Shown in pieces: positions 24,443 to 38,600 of a stretch of DNA of 64,000 bases. The stretch covers positions 2,027,151 to 2,091,150 of the forward strand of contig CAJINV010000007.1 in assembly GCA_905178155.1 (NCBI GenBank), read 5' to 3'. This DNA comes from Amoebophrya sp. A120 (taxonomy: Eukaryota > Protista > Dinoflagellata). The notes under the pieces are model-generated. The model was not told where the DNA came from and searched no databases. It worked only from the letters and a program-made list of their open reading frames with translations. Position 1 is the stretch's first letter. Each line of letters starts with the position of its first letter. Both the position numbers and the translations under genes were made by a program.

Positions 24443-27206
24443 TTAATTCAGCTTCGACAAGATCCGCTCCATGGATCGGATGCGTTCTAAATTCCAGGTA
24501 ATGGCCCCCAGAATCGCTTCGCGCTCCTCCTTGGGTTTCTCTTCCCACGCAAGGTCCTCGTCCTCTTTGTCCTCATCGTCGTCTTGGAGTTTCAGCAGTC
24601 TGTTGCCTGTTGTCGATGACTTAGTATTCGCCGACGACCCGCCGCCGTTCTGGAGATTCGCCGTGTCCGTGTTCTTTGTAGTTCCGTTACTCGTAGTCGC
24701 TCCACCCGTCGTGGTGCCGTTCGCCTGCTTGTTGCCTTCTTTTGCCTCCAAAAACTGCCGGAGGTCGGCCTTCAACTGGGTTAGCTGCTGCGTCAATGTG
24801 GTAACCCGATCATGTCTGTTCTGGGTGTAGTCCTGCTGCTTCAACAGCGTCGCTTCGACCTGGAACAGGAGAATCGTTTTTACAATCTTCAGGTGAATTC
24901 GATCTATGATGTTGCCTTTGAAGAACGATCGAGTGCATGCGAGAATTGCTGTTGCTATGCATGGGCATGCCCAAATTTGTTGTTCTTGCAGATAGTGATA
25001 GCCTATACCATAGAAGGAAAAATAAAGACAAGTGGCAGCTGCCGATAGAAGATGATTTGGCTTCCCGACATCACGTTCGGGGATCCTTCATCTGGCTCCG
25101 CCCACCATTTCATTCCTACTGAAATTATCTACGAAAAGATGGCGGAGGTCTTCCTTCGCTAGTTTTGCTTGAAAACACAGGTCGCATACAAAACAAGTTG
25201 TAGAACATGATTTTGCAAGTAAGTACCTCCCTCGCCGCTAGAAAGAAATCGACCGCGTCCATGGAATCTAGCTTCACCTCTTTCAGCGACGGGTCGTTGA
25301 AGTAGCGAGCCGTGGCTTTCTTCTCTTTTGCTTTCATTTCAGCATCCGCAGCTTCCTCTTCATCCGCGCCTCCTGTGTTTGGCGAATAGTACACAGAACT
25401 GCGGCGATTACTATTATTTACTGTGCTTGATGTTGTTGCACTTGCAGTTCCGTTTGCCTTTGCGCTAACATGATGACCAGAAGTTGCACTGCTTGTCTGC
25501 TGGTCAGGAACTTCTTGCTCCATCGGCGTGTGGAAGCCATTTCTGCTTCCACAAATCCCGTCGTGGTCATCCTCATTGCTATCAACTACCTCGTCGTCGT
25601 CGTCGTCGTCATCTTCTTCCGGGTGGTAGATCCGTTTTCTGACCAAATCCTCGTAGTAGCCCAGCCCTAATGGCCCCGTCTTAAAGACGAAGCCGGGGCG
25701 CTGGCCGGCAAATTTGTTTTCCTGCATAAACAGCGGCTTGCGGTGGAGCTTTCTCCCCGTTGTTCCACTTTCTTGCGCTCTTTGTCCAGCCTCTTGCCCT
25801 GCTGGTTTTTGATTTAGTTTGTTGCCACCATCGGCAAGACCACCAGAAGACGTTGCTATTTTGTCCCCTGCGAGCAGGGCTTCGAAATCTGACAAGACCA
25901 TGGCGATCTGATCCTCGATATGCAACACGATCGCGGACTTCTCCTGCATCCGCCCGACGTCCAACGTGACTTCAATAGAAAACGGCTCCGCGCAGCATTC
26001 CGGCGTGTTCAAAAGCAGCAAATTCTGCAGCGCCGCGCGCGGGTCTTCCTCCTCTGTTAGGTTCGCGTCGGTGGAGGGAGCCAGGATGCGGCCGAGGACG
26101 GAGAGTTTTGCTGGGTCGTTCTTCGAGTTCTTTACAGGGTTGTCCTCATGGTCGCGCACGAGTTCTGTTATCGGAGTGGCGACGGAGAGGAAAAGGCTGT
26201 CTTTTCCGTCGGTCAAGAGGTAGGATGCGGCAGGAGGTTCGTCGCTGACGGGGTGGCCTGTAGAAGTATATATAAATTCTTGCATATCTTTTGTACACAG
26301 AAAAATGAATTCGACGCAAGAAGTCTTTTCGGAGCAAAGCCACCTTCTTGTTCTGCTGTTGGTGCTATTGCACAAAATCAAAAATTACGGCTGCACATAC
26401 ATGCACAACCGACAGTAGAAATTCTGTTGCTAGAATTCAATTCTACTTAGAGTGACGTCAACACGGGAATCTTCAATTTCAATACCTAGGATCTCCTGCA
26501 GTGCCGGAAACTCTTCCGCTTTCGGCACGTACATGGACTGGTCTTTCTGCACCTGCTTTTCCGTCATTCCGAGCCCCGCAAAATTATCCATCCCCGCCAG
26601 CTTCGCCCGCTGTTTTTCCTTCTCTATCTGCGTCTCGTCCTTCAGCTCCTCTAGCTGGACCAGTTTTTTTGTGATGTTCACGATTCTCAACTTGTTCGGA
26701 ACGCGCGACAAGACCTTCGTCTCCACCACGAAGTCGTGCTTGATCGTCGGTCCAAATTGCACGGAAAAACGCAGGAAAGACTCGACAAGAAAATCCTGGG
26801 GGTTGGCAGCTGCTTTTACAGATTCCTTCGATCCAACCGCCTTCGGATTCGATGCTGAGCCTGCTGGTGGTGCTGGGCCGTCGGTAGTTAGATTTACGAC
26901 TTTGGAAGAAGGAGATGATCCCCCGGCCTGTTGGTTTATTTTTGGTCCGGTACTAGTTGGAGCAGAGGTGGATCCATTCTGAGGCTTAACATTGCCGGCA
27001 CTATTACTATCCTTCGAAGCTGTTCCTGCTGTGTTTTTTTTGTCCTCCTTCGCTTGTTCTGCTTCGTCGTCACTACTTAGCGGAACTTCGACATCGCCAA
27101 GATCTTCGTCGGACTCGTCATTGGCGTCTTGTTGCGCCGCCCGCCAATCAACTTTCGTCCTCTTCGCATTCGAAGCGCTGGCCGTGCCCTGCTGTCGCTT
27201 TAGCAT
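24443..27206 (-). CDS. Hypothetical protein, 3 exons, C-terminal coiled coil
   Basis: ORFs 26430-27206, 25125-26381 and 24443-24844 join in frame via GT-AG introns 26258-26446 and 24860-25226. Contains FAGQRPGFVFKTGPLGLGYYED. Confidence 0.7.
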
Positions 27207-28424
27207 CTTTCTTGATGATCTTCTAACCTATACCTTTACGTAGTGGAGTCGTCCGGGTATACCGTGTCAGCTCAAGAAATTGAAATAAATTATACTCATT
27301 TACTTTTATTTTCTTGGAAATTAACCTAATACTGAAGCGAGAGCCTCAACTAAACGAACGGGCATAGCTAAATACATTTCTACGGCGAGGATTCTGTAAA
27401 ACGCATACTACAACTCGCACATTCATCTTTTTCTGTCATCAGTGGAGGTGAGGGCTTTCGTCGAATCAATTGTATGAAGTAGTTTATACTGATAGATAAA
27501 GCTTGTGAACGTAGGTTTTTGGCCTGTAGCTGTCGACCTCAAAATAAAAACTAAGGTGTACAGCTATCGGGAGATGTGAAAAAGTGAGCCAAAATGGATG
27601 AACTGAGTCTGATCTCAAAGTTGCCTTGTGAGATGATCTTTGCGTGGGTTGTACGGCCGCTTCGTAGAATTATTTCGTCGCTAAATCGTCTTCTACTTGA
27701 CATCATCGTCTTAACACGCACGAGCTCGAGCAGCAGGTGGAAAACTAGTTTTTATAAATGTGGGACAAAACGCCGGCTGGGAAAGATCGAACCCACTCTA
27801 CTTGTAGTTCAGAACACATCTGTTTGCAGCTCGGTGAGACAGCTCGCTGGATCACCGAAATTTTCGATTCGAGCGACGTGGTCGTTGTTTCTCTACAGCT
27901 TTAACTTGTCCTGGGATTCTTTCCAGTCGAGCAGCATCAAAGGATTAGGATTTGATAGAAATACAATCAGAATGGCAGCCTGCATGACAGAGGGCCTTGC
28001 ACGTCAAAACAGAAAGCGAAAGTGGACGAGGTGGTAACGGGATGTGGGAGCCGCCACTGAGCTCTTCGCGGGGAGTGTAGTACTGAATCTGAAGTGAATC
28101 ATGTGAACCGTCGCACGACCAGGACGATCATTTGCCGCGAGTTCTAGTAGCGCACCGGAGATGTTCTACTTAGACGTCCGCAGCACGACCGTTTGAAGTT
28201 GTCATCCAAATCCAAAAAATCCAACGCGACGCACGTGCACCTGCAGCAACGCGTTCGCCGTCGTCCCTGCCTCGGTTTCAACCAGATGAACCAGAAGCAA
28301 GATCAAGTCCTCAGACATTTGATCCGAAGAAACTGGAGCTGCTGAGCCACGACGGACGTGCCAGCGAGTGGGCTTGTTCCAGCACTGCAAATCTTCTACC
28401 AACTCCTGCTCCTGCGCCGTCTCC

Positions 28425-30069
28425 TCACCCGGAGGTGGACCTCGCCCGTCGTGACAACACATTTGTTATCACCACCCCGCCAAGGAAAATTACCGGCAAC
28501 CCAATCCCGATTCCCAAAACGCACATGCCGAACACCATGCCGTCCCGCGTTTTCTGGAATTTCTGTGCGTCCGAGGTGTAAAACACAAAAATCGGCTTCT
28601 CCGCGATTTGCAACCCGAAAAAGGAGGCGCAGGACTTTGCGGCGCTCTGGAAAAACACGGTCTGCGCGGCGCTCTGCCCATCGAGGAGAAGGGAAAGCTC
28701 GGCTGTGAAGCTAGATATTTCGGGCTGCTTGGAATACGCGTAAGACAGTGGTGTCGTGGCGGTAGGGACGGTGCTGGCGGTGGAATCTGATGTGATGAAA
28801 TTCCAGGTATCTTTTAATGTAGTTTCTTTCCATGTTCATTTTGAAGACGTCGTGGCCACCTCATGTGTGCGTGGTCTTGCCAGTGATGCAAAAATGAACA
28901 AAGTTGTACCCGAGCTGAAGACTGAAAAATCCAAAATACCTCCAGCCATGGTGAAGAAATCCGGTTTCTGCAACACAATCCCCGCTTTTGCGACGGTTGG
29001 TTCATTCACATTCGCTGCGGTCAACGAATTATCCGAGTTGGTTTGCAAACAGGGCGCGAAGTCGACGCTGCAGCAATCCGTCCCTACGGCGAAATACCGC
29101 GCAAGCAGGTGCTCGGAGCCGCCTGGCTGTTTGGGTGACGTCAGCGGTGCAACGCAGTAGTTCACGCCCTTGTGCCTGATGTTCATGTGGATTTAGAATC
29201 TACTTTGCGACAGGCTCCTCTCTTCAGAACGTAGTACTAAGTGGCTGCGGCACCCACTTAATCATTAGATCTCAAACACAATATTACACGAACTCATGCA
29301 CATGCAATTGTTTCTCGTCAACATCGGTCACCACTTTTTACGAAGTTTATGACATACGGGACGATCTTCGACTTCACTACTTACATCAACACGACTGCAA
29401 CTATGTTTATGTACCTATAAGCCCGGAACACGTTCACATCCATGGTTGTCAGCATGGAGTTGAAATGTATGATGCCCGCGTCGGTCTTGTCTTCGGTCTT
29501 GTCAAACGGCGCGATGTTGTAATATGTCCCGCCTTCCTTCGTTTGCACATACGGTAAGCGGTTCGTTTGAAAATTCACCCGTCCGCCCCACGCACCGATA
29601 AAGACGGAAATCAGGCACCAGAAGGACCTGCGGAGAGGATTTGATTTTAGTCCGAAGAAGTTTTTTCTTTGACGTTTAACGTCAAATCTGATCGGCAAAT
29701 GTTGGCGATACAGAATGCATTTTTGCAGGAGATTGAGAACCGCCACTCCAAATTTTGGAGTAGCGGTTCTATTTGTACCAAAGTAGAAGACTTTCTTGAT
29801 ACTTACCAGACGCGATTCCGCATGACCGACTGAAACGGGGCCAGGCTTGGCCCGCCCTCCGGCTGCTCCAGCAGCATCTCTTTCCGTATGAAACCCTCTG
29901 CCTTGAAAGACCGGAGGAAGATGCAGAAGACGAGAAAAAACGTCGTCAAGGCGTACACCAGGAACGGCCGGGATTCGTAGACATACGTCCAGAAGCAGAT
30001 CATCGCGGAATAAAGCAGGGAGGGCAGGAAAACTCCCAGCAGCAACGCCTCGTGCACGGGACGCAACAT
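28425..30069 (-). CDS. Multi-pass membrane protein with a Cys-containing luminal domain, 4 exons
   Basis: N-terminal TM helices, then YYNIAP..DAGIIHF, YCVAPL, YFAVGTDCC and a C-terminal TM. Joined by GT-AG introns at about 29628-29805 and 29176-29415 and a TA..TA intron at about 28716-28908. Confidence 0.65.
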
Positions 30070-30846
30070 GGTTCTTAACAGCGTTTGCGGTTAGTTTGGC
30101 TTTCTGTTTCTTGGGCGCGAACAAATAATTCGGTCAACCAATGAGTATCTTCTTCCGAGTTGTCTACTTCAATTCGTCCTGGAGCTGCATCACCGAAAGA
30201 TGGTGCAATATGCAATCTAATCGTCCTCGATATTTTTCATACTGGATTGTTGATCTGTGTCTTTATTTTCCCTACACCGGAATTACTCACTCTTGGTCCT
30301 CACTTTGACTCGAGAAAGCACACTTCCTCCGTCCGGACAGCCGCGCCTGCTGTGGTTGCTGTCCGTCGTTGTTTGATGCGTCGGCTACGCGCCGCTTGGA
30401 GCGGTCCACACTTCGTTCACTCCTTTACAGCACTCAAATCGGGAAATCTAAATCATACAAATTGGAGTGGAATTTACCTCCAGATTCCTCCTGTCATCAC
30501 GTCGCACTAAAGACCCCCCTCGGCTTGTACTGTAGAACCGATGAGCTGCAATTTATCATGTTGGCGCAGTCAGGTCGTGGCGACCAGCCCTGGTTCTCTT
30601 CAGAAATAAAATAGGCTCCTTCACCGTGCTGCGTGCTTCGTGGACGAAGTGGTGTATAGCACTCCTGCGCCAGCAAATATTCGTCTTTCTGTTTGCGAAT
30701 GTCGTGTCCCTGCCATGATAAATCTTCGCGTCATTCATTTTTTTCCAGCAACAGTTGCGTTTTCAACTTGGTTCTGTAGTGGCTGCTGTAGTATAAATCG
30801 CCCCACAGAAGCAAACACAACACATATCACTTCTCCTCCACTTAGC

Positions 30847-33800
30847 CTAAACCACCGGCCCTTTGGATCCCGTAGAAGATGACGCGGGGGCTGCTGGAGG
30901 CAGCTCGATACGCTCCTCCGGAGAATGATTTTGTACTTCTGCTAGTACCCCGACAGCACCTACTTCCGCCCCTCCAGCAATAGGACCACCTGGCAACATT
31001 TTCACTACACCAGCTTGCTGTAATTCCTCCCTCGGCGGGGGCGCGGGCGGTCTCGGCGCCGGCTTGAACTCCGCAGGCGGTGCCGGAACTTCCATCTTCT
31101 TGAACTCGGAGGGTGGGGGGGGCGCTTGCTTCAGTCCCTGTTTCATGTTCGTCGCAGAAGTTGCAGCTGTGCTCGCTCCACCATGTGACGCTGCTCCTGG
31201 TTGCCTTGCTACCGCCGGACCTCCACGGGCGTTGGAGTTTGTTGTCGTCGAGGCTGGCGAGGTCATCAGCTGCGGTGGTTCCTCCACAGCATCTGCATCG
31301 GGTAAAGTCGCCGCCTGCATGATGTTCGTTGCCGAGGTCGCGAGGCCGCTGCGGAGGTTCTATCCAAAGTAAATTTCCTGTGCGCGTTACGTGCAAATAC
31401 GGTTTCTGCATGACACAGCTTCCGTTCCCCACAATCGGTTTCGGCATGACAGGTGACATGCTTTGTTGAGCTGGCGAAATTTGTAACGCATTTTGTCCGT
31501 GTACTATAGGAAACTTGTATTTTTGCATAGATTCCCGTAGAAGTTCACAAAAGCAGCGATGAAAGCCGGCGGCTCAGGTGGAGGAGCAGACGCGTTGGAC
31601 GTCGCAGAGGCGGGAGGGATCGCTGGAAGCGGGTCGTCGTCTGTCGTGGTGCATAAATCTCCTTTCTCATTTGGGTTCTTTGTGGGACATGCACATCTCT
31701 GAATGTTTGGAAGATCACCTCCATGCACTTGCACAGATTTCCAACCACTGTCGTACTTTCCTGAAAATATATCCACCAGCATCATATGTCAATCCGTCGT
31801 CTCACGATAAAAAAATAATTTTCCTCTACTAACTACTGATGTGCGGCCAGGAGCAGGTAAAATGTTTATTAACGTCCTTACCAAGAATCTCCGAGATTTT
31901 GTCAAAGAATTTGGGCAAGAGCGCCGATTGATTTCCGCTCGGCGGCGTAGCACCGGATTGTTGATTCAAGGATTGCCTCAGGGTTTCGTTCTCCGCGGTG
32001 AGCTGCTGTATCGCCTGCTGCAGCGAATCGACGACCACTTGTTTCTCTTCCTGCACCTCGTGCACCCGCCGCCAGGGGTCGACGGGAGCTGGCGTTGCAG
32101 TGGCGGATGCTGCTCGTGGAGGCTGGAATCGTTTTAAGTATTTGAAGAAGGTTCATCCTCATAGAAATTAAGCGCTGAAAGTACTATTACCCAACAGTGC
32201 CACCGACCCTGCGATCGCAAAAGCAGATGAAACCCTCACCACTTATGATCCAACAGTGCAAAAAATCTGTGGTCTCGATTTCGCGCCACCTCCCAACAAG
32301 GTCCCAATAATCATGCTTCTTAGTTCTAATATGTGAAGCCAATATGATGTAGTACTACTGGTGTGCCAGTTCCCTTGGGGTTCGCAGGGGGCGGCGGCGG
32401 TGGTGGTGGTGGCGCGCCTTGAGATTCGGGAGCTTTCGTTTCGTCAACGAGCGGAGGCGCCGCGGGCATTGATGTTGGGCCTGGAGGTGGAGCTCCAGGG
32501 GTATTAATCACTTCCCTGGATGGTTCTTGCGCAACCGCGACTACTGGAGGCCCGGGCGTGTGCACAGCTTGCTGCATCTTCGGCGATGTAGAGTCGGCCG
32601 CAGTCGCAGCCACAGGAACTGGCGGGGCGGCTGGAGTGAACACTGCTGGAGCTGAGGCTCCTGGCACCACACCAGGCGCGCCACCAGGAGGTGTTGATGA
32701 TGATATTGGCGCTCCTCCTGCAACAGCGGCGGCCGGCCCTGATTTTGCGTCTACCTCGGTCCCACCGTCCGCCGCATGAGTTGATCCTGGTGCGCTACTT
32801 CTGACCGCCGCCACCGCCCCCTGGTCCTTAGGCTCATTTGGTTTCTTCACAGCAAAAATATCGTCCTCCGGTGAAGAGCCCGAGGCAAATGGGTCGTTGG
32901 ACAGCAGAGAGGGTTTCTTCGGCTGCAGGAGGTCGTCTAGGTTCGTGTCCTCAACTGTTCTTGGCGCAGGCCCATGATCACAACCGCTCCCCGCACCCGA
33001 CTTTGTCGAAGACTTCGTGGAAATATGAGGGCGCACAACTCCCCCTTCCCCTCATTTGTCATATAAAATTCCAAGTCCACCCGCACCCCTTACCTGTTAG
33101 CACTGCTTGCATGAGAGATCCCGGAAGCCAAAACAGCACTACAATCCTCTGGGGCTTTGTCATGCAAAAACTGCATCTTTGCCAGCCCTACTTGCGTAGT
33201 TGCTGTTCATGCAACACAAATGAGGGGGAGGGGAAGTTGTGCACTTTCATAGGAAAACCCGCTGCTTACTTTCGTCTGCTGCGGCGACGGATCTAACGCC
33301 GCGAACATGTCTACCACGGAGGTGCCGTGCTTCGCAGACGAATGTGTTGCGAGAAAAAACTACTCTTTCATCGGTATCAAACCTTTACTGCAGAGGACTC
33401 CGACTCAGCGATACATATTTACTTGCACAACTACATGACACGGGAAATCTGCTATGCGTCAGAAACAATGAAAAACAGATATGAAGCACGATTTTGGAAC
33501 ATGCCTAAAGGATGTTTTGCATTTAACAAAATGAGAGTTGGGAAACAGTTTTTCACGCGATATTAGAACTTCCGTTACCACTACTGGGAGACATGGGCAC
33601 ACTGGCAGCGCAGCTCATCGCCAGAAAAACGTGTTTGATCACCGTGAGCTTCGTATATAAATCGCGCAGAGGAACAAGATCATGCCACACACTCACACAA
33701 GAAGCGTCCGTCCTACTAGGAATATACGAAATTGGTTCTTTCCATCTTGGCATACTTACACGCATAGCAGCTTTGTTTCGGTGACTTCGTGTGTGAAAGT

Positions 33801-34557
33801 AATTTAACAACATTGCGACGTCGCGGCGCGTCATCCGGCAGAAACGTCACAGTGAAACTAACAATTTTCTCGTGGGATACTGCTGGGATTCCGAGAAACT
33901 GGGTTGGATGAAGAGCTGTTTTCCCCAGGAGCGGCAGCACTATTGTTTCGCGGGGATCCGATGGAAAAATATTGCGCCGTGTCTGCTTTTTTTGATCCCT
34001 CCTTACTGGCAGATGCTCCTGTGGTCGTCCCGTCGTTTGCTGTAGCTGTAAACGGTCCTGCTCCTACTCCTTCGGAATGTTGGTGTCTGAGTGTCGATGG
34101 CTCTGGTTCTCTAGAAGGTCTGTCAGGCGATATATCCTCTGTCAGATCCACGATGTTGGTCTGTAGAAACTTGCTCGGCTGAGATAACTGAATCGTGCTC
34201 GGGCTTTGGATATTCTCTCCCAGAATCGCGTGGACTTCACCAGCAACGGTTGCCGCTGCTTGCGATTGTGTGAGGGAAGTTCCGATGGGGGCTAACTCTT
34301 CTGCTTGCGCCGCGCTTCTGGCACTCATCCCAGCAAGGGTCGGATCTGATATTTTCGGTGCTGATCTTTTGTGAAATAATGTGTGACTGCAAAACGAGAA
34401 GTGCACAACTACAGACTAGCTGCGAGAAAAAGGTATCGCGGCTCCCTGACGTTGCTATAGTAATAGTAGTGCCTATCATGGTAATGCCTCGGATTAGATT
34501 ATGAGAATAGAGAGTACAACACTTAGGAACAATTGTACCTGGAGGAACAGGGGTCAT
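30847..34557 (-). CDS. Pro/Ala-rich hypothetical protein with a short coiled coil, multi-exon; start uncertain
   Basis: Chain of minus ORFs (33858-34406, 32326-33036, 31829-32065, 31504-31785, 30847-31320). Joins verified across 33024-33251 and 31361-31529. Confidence 0.5.
31361..31529. mobile_element. Introner (TATGCAA..AAATTTCC family)
   Basis: tatccaaagtaaatttcct / aggaaacttgtatttttgcata. Flanks ggttc/gattc. Join gives FYGNLRSGL. Confidence 0.8.
33024..33251. mobile_element. Introner (TATGAGAGYGCACA family)
   Basis: tatgagggcgcacaactcccccttcccctcatttgt / acaaatgagggggaggggaagttgtgcactttcata. Exact direct repeat ggaaa. Confidence 0.9.
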
Positions 34558-35614
34558 TTACTTTAGGTCTGCCGTCTTTCTCTTTTTTGCCTTATAAAAC
34601 GAAGTTGCTCCTCCTCCTCCTCCTGCTTTGTCAGATTAAAAAACCTCGTCATGACTCTCTGCCGGGGGTACCATTTTCCAATACCATTACCAATACATGA
34701 GTGTTGTTACTATTCGTGAGCACTCAGAGACGCCGCGTCGCGGCCGCGGCTTCAGACGAGTACGGAGAACGCCAGAACATGTTCGTCGTGGCCGAGGTCG
34801 AGGAGGTTGATGACCACCACATCTTCTCGCATTTAGTCATTACCACTTTGGGAGAGAAGCCCGCCGGCCCGAGTGTTGTTCGTCTCGAATCGGAATCTAG
34901 CTCACCATGTGCTGAACACTCCTTGTTTATATGATCTTGCACTCAAATATTGCCTGCTGAGATACACACCCCACACGACAATCCTTTTTCAGTAATCAGT
35001 AGCTTCCCTCAGTATCAAGCTGTTGGCAAGCTTTCGCTCCCCATATCAATCACGTGTCTTCATTGCTCGACCTGTGTAAGTACCTGCAAGGCAACTTGAA
35101 AGCGCTCTCGCCTGGAGCACTCCAGCTCCAGGCTTTCTCTGATAAAAATCCAGCGGGGCTAGCGGTAGCGGTCTTTCCTTGTGAACAAAATTGACCGTCC
35201 AAACAGCAATGTAAAGGCGGAAAATGATCAAGTTGAGGTGGCCGTCTCAGTTGCTTTGGGATCGCAGTAGATTGCATCTTGCCATTGCCTTATGCCGAAT
35301 CCGCAAGATTGATTTCGTCTTCCGTCGGTTACTGGCGATTTCATTTTCACGTCAACTTTAGCAATTTCACGTCAATACCACATCAAACAAGCATGGCTAA
35401 GTAGGAAGCCGAACGCATCCTCAGTGGAAAATATAGAGAAAAATCAGCTCTGGTCCATCCTGTTTCAACAGTTCCGTAGGCGTACGCGCTCTTCTCGTAG
35501 GATGTTGGTTCCTAACCGAGACAGAGGACAAGGATCGCTTCCACTTTCTACGAGTAAGAAAAAAAAACCGTCTTGCTTTCATGAATTGTATCTATTTCCT
35601 TCATCTGCATTCTC

Positions 35615-38600
35615 CTACCCTTCCACGTCCATTGGCTGCACATCGCTACTCGCGAGGCGACCCTGCTGCTTTGCATCGCCCACTTCCGCTACTTGCTTCT
35701 GCAGCTGCTTCAATCGTTTTTTGTGCAGCTTCTCCTCCACCGTGCCGCACGCGTAGAACCGATAGACACTGACCGCGCTGGCGGTCTGGCCGAGTCGCCG
35801 CACCCGCCCAAGCGCCTGCTGCTCGATCGCCATCGACTCAGCGGCGGACTTTGCAAGGACCGGGTGCACGAACAAAATGTACCGGGCCTGTGGAGAACTT
35901 ACTTACATTCGAATTTGATTTTCGTAGGATACTTACAGAAAAAAACGCTCTTCGTTCTTCGGCGAACAGCAACAGCAACAGACCAGGAAACCGTACGAAA
36001 AACGACCAACGACATTCATCACAGACAAATGATGCTTTGAGAACGAAGCGACGCATAGAATAGTCTCATCTCTATACGAAACTAAATACGTCGCGTTCGG
36101 AAGAAAGAAAAGTCGAAGCAAGCTGTACCCTCGTGAGCGTAGTTCCGCTTGCTTTGTTCTCCAAGGACATCAACAAAATCTCCGAATTCTCCCAGAGAAA
36201 AATGCTAGTATATATCATACGCGCAATATTTGTATTTTTGCAAAAAGATCACATCAGTAGAAAAACGGAACCTAGAAAACATCAGCGATATCGGCGACCG
36301 TGAGTGCCGCATAGCTGGCCGCGTGGGTCCTCTGCAAGTAGACTTTTGCACCATTTGGATTTTTCATTTACAGTAAACATACATACTCTAGCTGTTTTTC
36401 TCGGAGATACGGACTCTCCCCGTACTCGTCCGCCTTGTCCTTCTGGAAGCAGCGGACCACTTTGTTCTGCGTGTTGGCATTGGCTTTGTTCAGCATGCGC
36501 GACTTAAACTGGTAGACTTTGAAGGCCGCGTCGATCTTCTTCATTAAGTCCGTCCACTGACAAAACACAATCGCTTTCGACCCGGGATCGTCCTTCTTGA
36601 TCTGCTTTATGCAAGTGCAAAAGAATCGCATCAGTATGGCAGGTTTTTTTCTCCAGAAGAAAATACAGATTCAAACGTCGAAAAATAAAACCCTATGTCT
36701 GTGGTTATGCGTGAAGATTGTCGCGATTGGTGGAAATTGTACGATACTTTTGCCGTGGATATGCTTCAGGACTTCGCAAATCCTTTGGATTTTCGAACCG
36801 AAATGGTCGTAGCTGTTCGGCGGTACGACCAAATTGAAAGAAGACGAGCTGGAGGAAGTAGCACCAACCTGTATATGAAGTGGTTGGCAACGCGAGTTAT
36901 CAAACTCAAACGGTTAAAGATGAAGCTCATCGAGATCGACGCACTTCTATATTTCTTATTATCTTCTTGAAAGTCATATTATAGACTCCTAGTCTTCTTT
37001 TCTTCTTCGAAAAAGCGAAGAGCATATGGTAAAGCCCACCTATTTCCGCAAAGTAGGAATTGAACTAAGTAGCTACCTTCGACGCCCCTCCTTGTTCCGG
37101 AGAGGGCACGAGGTAAAAGTGTGGCGGTTCCCAGGCGGGAATTTTCGCCCTGCTGACCGGGCACTTCTTTCCAGTGGCGCAGTCCTCGCAAAGCACGTGG
37201 CCGCCACGTGTGATTCCCAAGGCAGATAAGCCTTCGCTCTGGCGTTTCCCGCAGCACGCGCAGCCGGGCGCGTTGGCGTGGTAAGAAAAGAGGTATGACG
37301 CGGTGCGGAGGAAGTTCGCAGCCTTGATCTTATCGTGGTACCGCGCTAATGCGTTCGACACTTCCGGAAGTAAGATTTTGTTGAAGTAGTATCCGACCTT
37401 GGCCGCCCAGGCGGGTTTTGCGGTGACCGCGATTCCTCCGCTACTGAAAAACAAGCTCGGGCGCTGGTCCTCGTCGTCCTCGTCCTTTGCCTTCGCATTC
37501 GTTTTTCTCTTCTCTTGACTGTGCGCCCCCAGCAATGTTTGCTCTGCTCCACCACTTGAAGCGGCTGTGGCTACGAACTCTGGTTGGTTCTCTTGCGCCA
37601 ACAATGCCGGTGCTTTGTTCGCAAGGTCGCGGCTGCTCTTGTCCCCAAGATCAAAGAGAGGTGGTGAGCATGCAGCTGCGCCGCCCACGTTGGCCTTCTG
37701 AGGCGACGGTCCCCGCAGAATCAGGTTGGCAGACGATACTGCTACAGCTTTCGCTGCCGGCGCTTCTTGAGAGTCAAGCTCCACTCCTGCCTTCGCGTGT
37801 TCAACATCACAACTCGTCCGCGTTTGGTGTTCATTTAGTTCTAGTTTTTTGCCTTCGTTTGCATTCTTCATTTCGTCTTTTTCTTGCTTGGTCAGAAGCA
37901 GCTCGTCCACCTCCGCACGCTTTTTTCTTCGCTGCTCCGCCAGGAATTCCTGTTTTCTGTTGTGAAACGCCAGCTGCTCCGTTTTCAACGTCCGCTCGAT
38001 CGCGTCGACCGCGGTTTTCGTACTGTCCCTGAAAAACGTGTACCACTTTCCGACCTCCGTGTTCTGAAACCCTTCGTCTCCACGTTTCCGCCCGAAAGCC
38101 GTGTCGACGAGCTGCATGGGGTCCGTGTGCGCAGTTTTCTCCTGCAGGTGCAACAGCACGTTGAACTGGTTTTGGTAGACACAATATGCATTGCAAATAA
38201 CATGTAGTCCGAAAAGCCGGATCTTCTTTTGTAGTTGGAAAAGCAAAACCGCCAAACATCAAAACAACTGGGTTTCATTTTATGTTGCGCAAAGAGCGAT
38301 TGCGATGCTCCCGTTGTCATGCTTCTTCAATATCAAGAATTTTTTGCGAATTCTGTGACACCGTTCTGGGCCGAGTGCGTGTAGTGTAGTTGTAGACTGT
38401 AGTGAAAAACAAAAACGAAAAGCGATATTCATTGAACAGACCAGACATCATATTTGCTGCGCGATACTTGTGAAGACGCGGAACTTCCGCAGTTACTCGT
38501 GGCTGACATCGTGTTCACCATTTTGAAAGCTTCTTCGCAGAAAGTTTGGATCTGCTGCGTCATGTCAGCATAGGACGCGTCCAGGACTGCTGTTCCGAAG

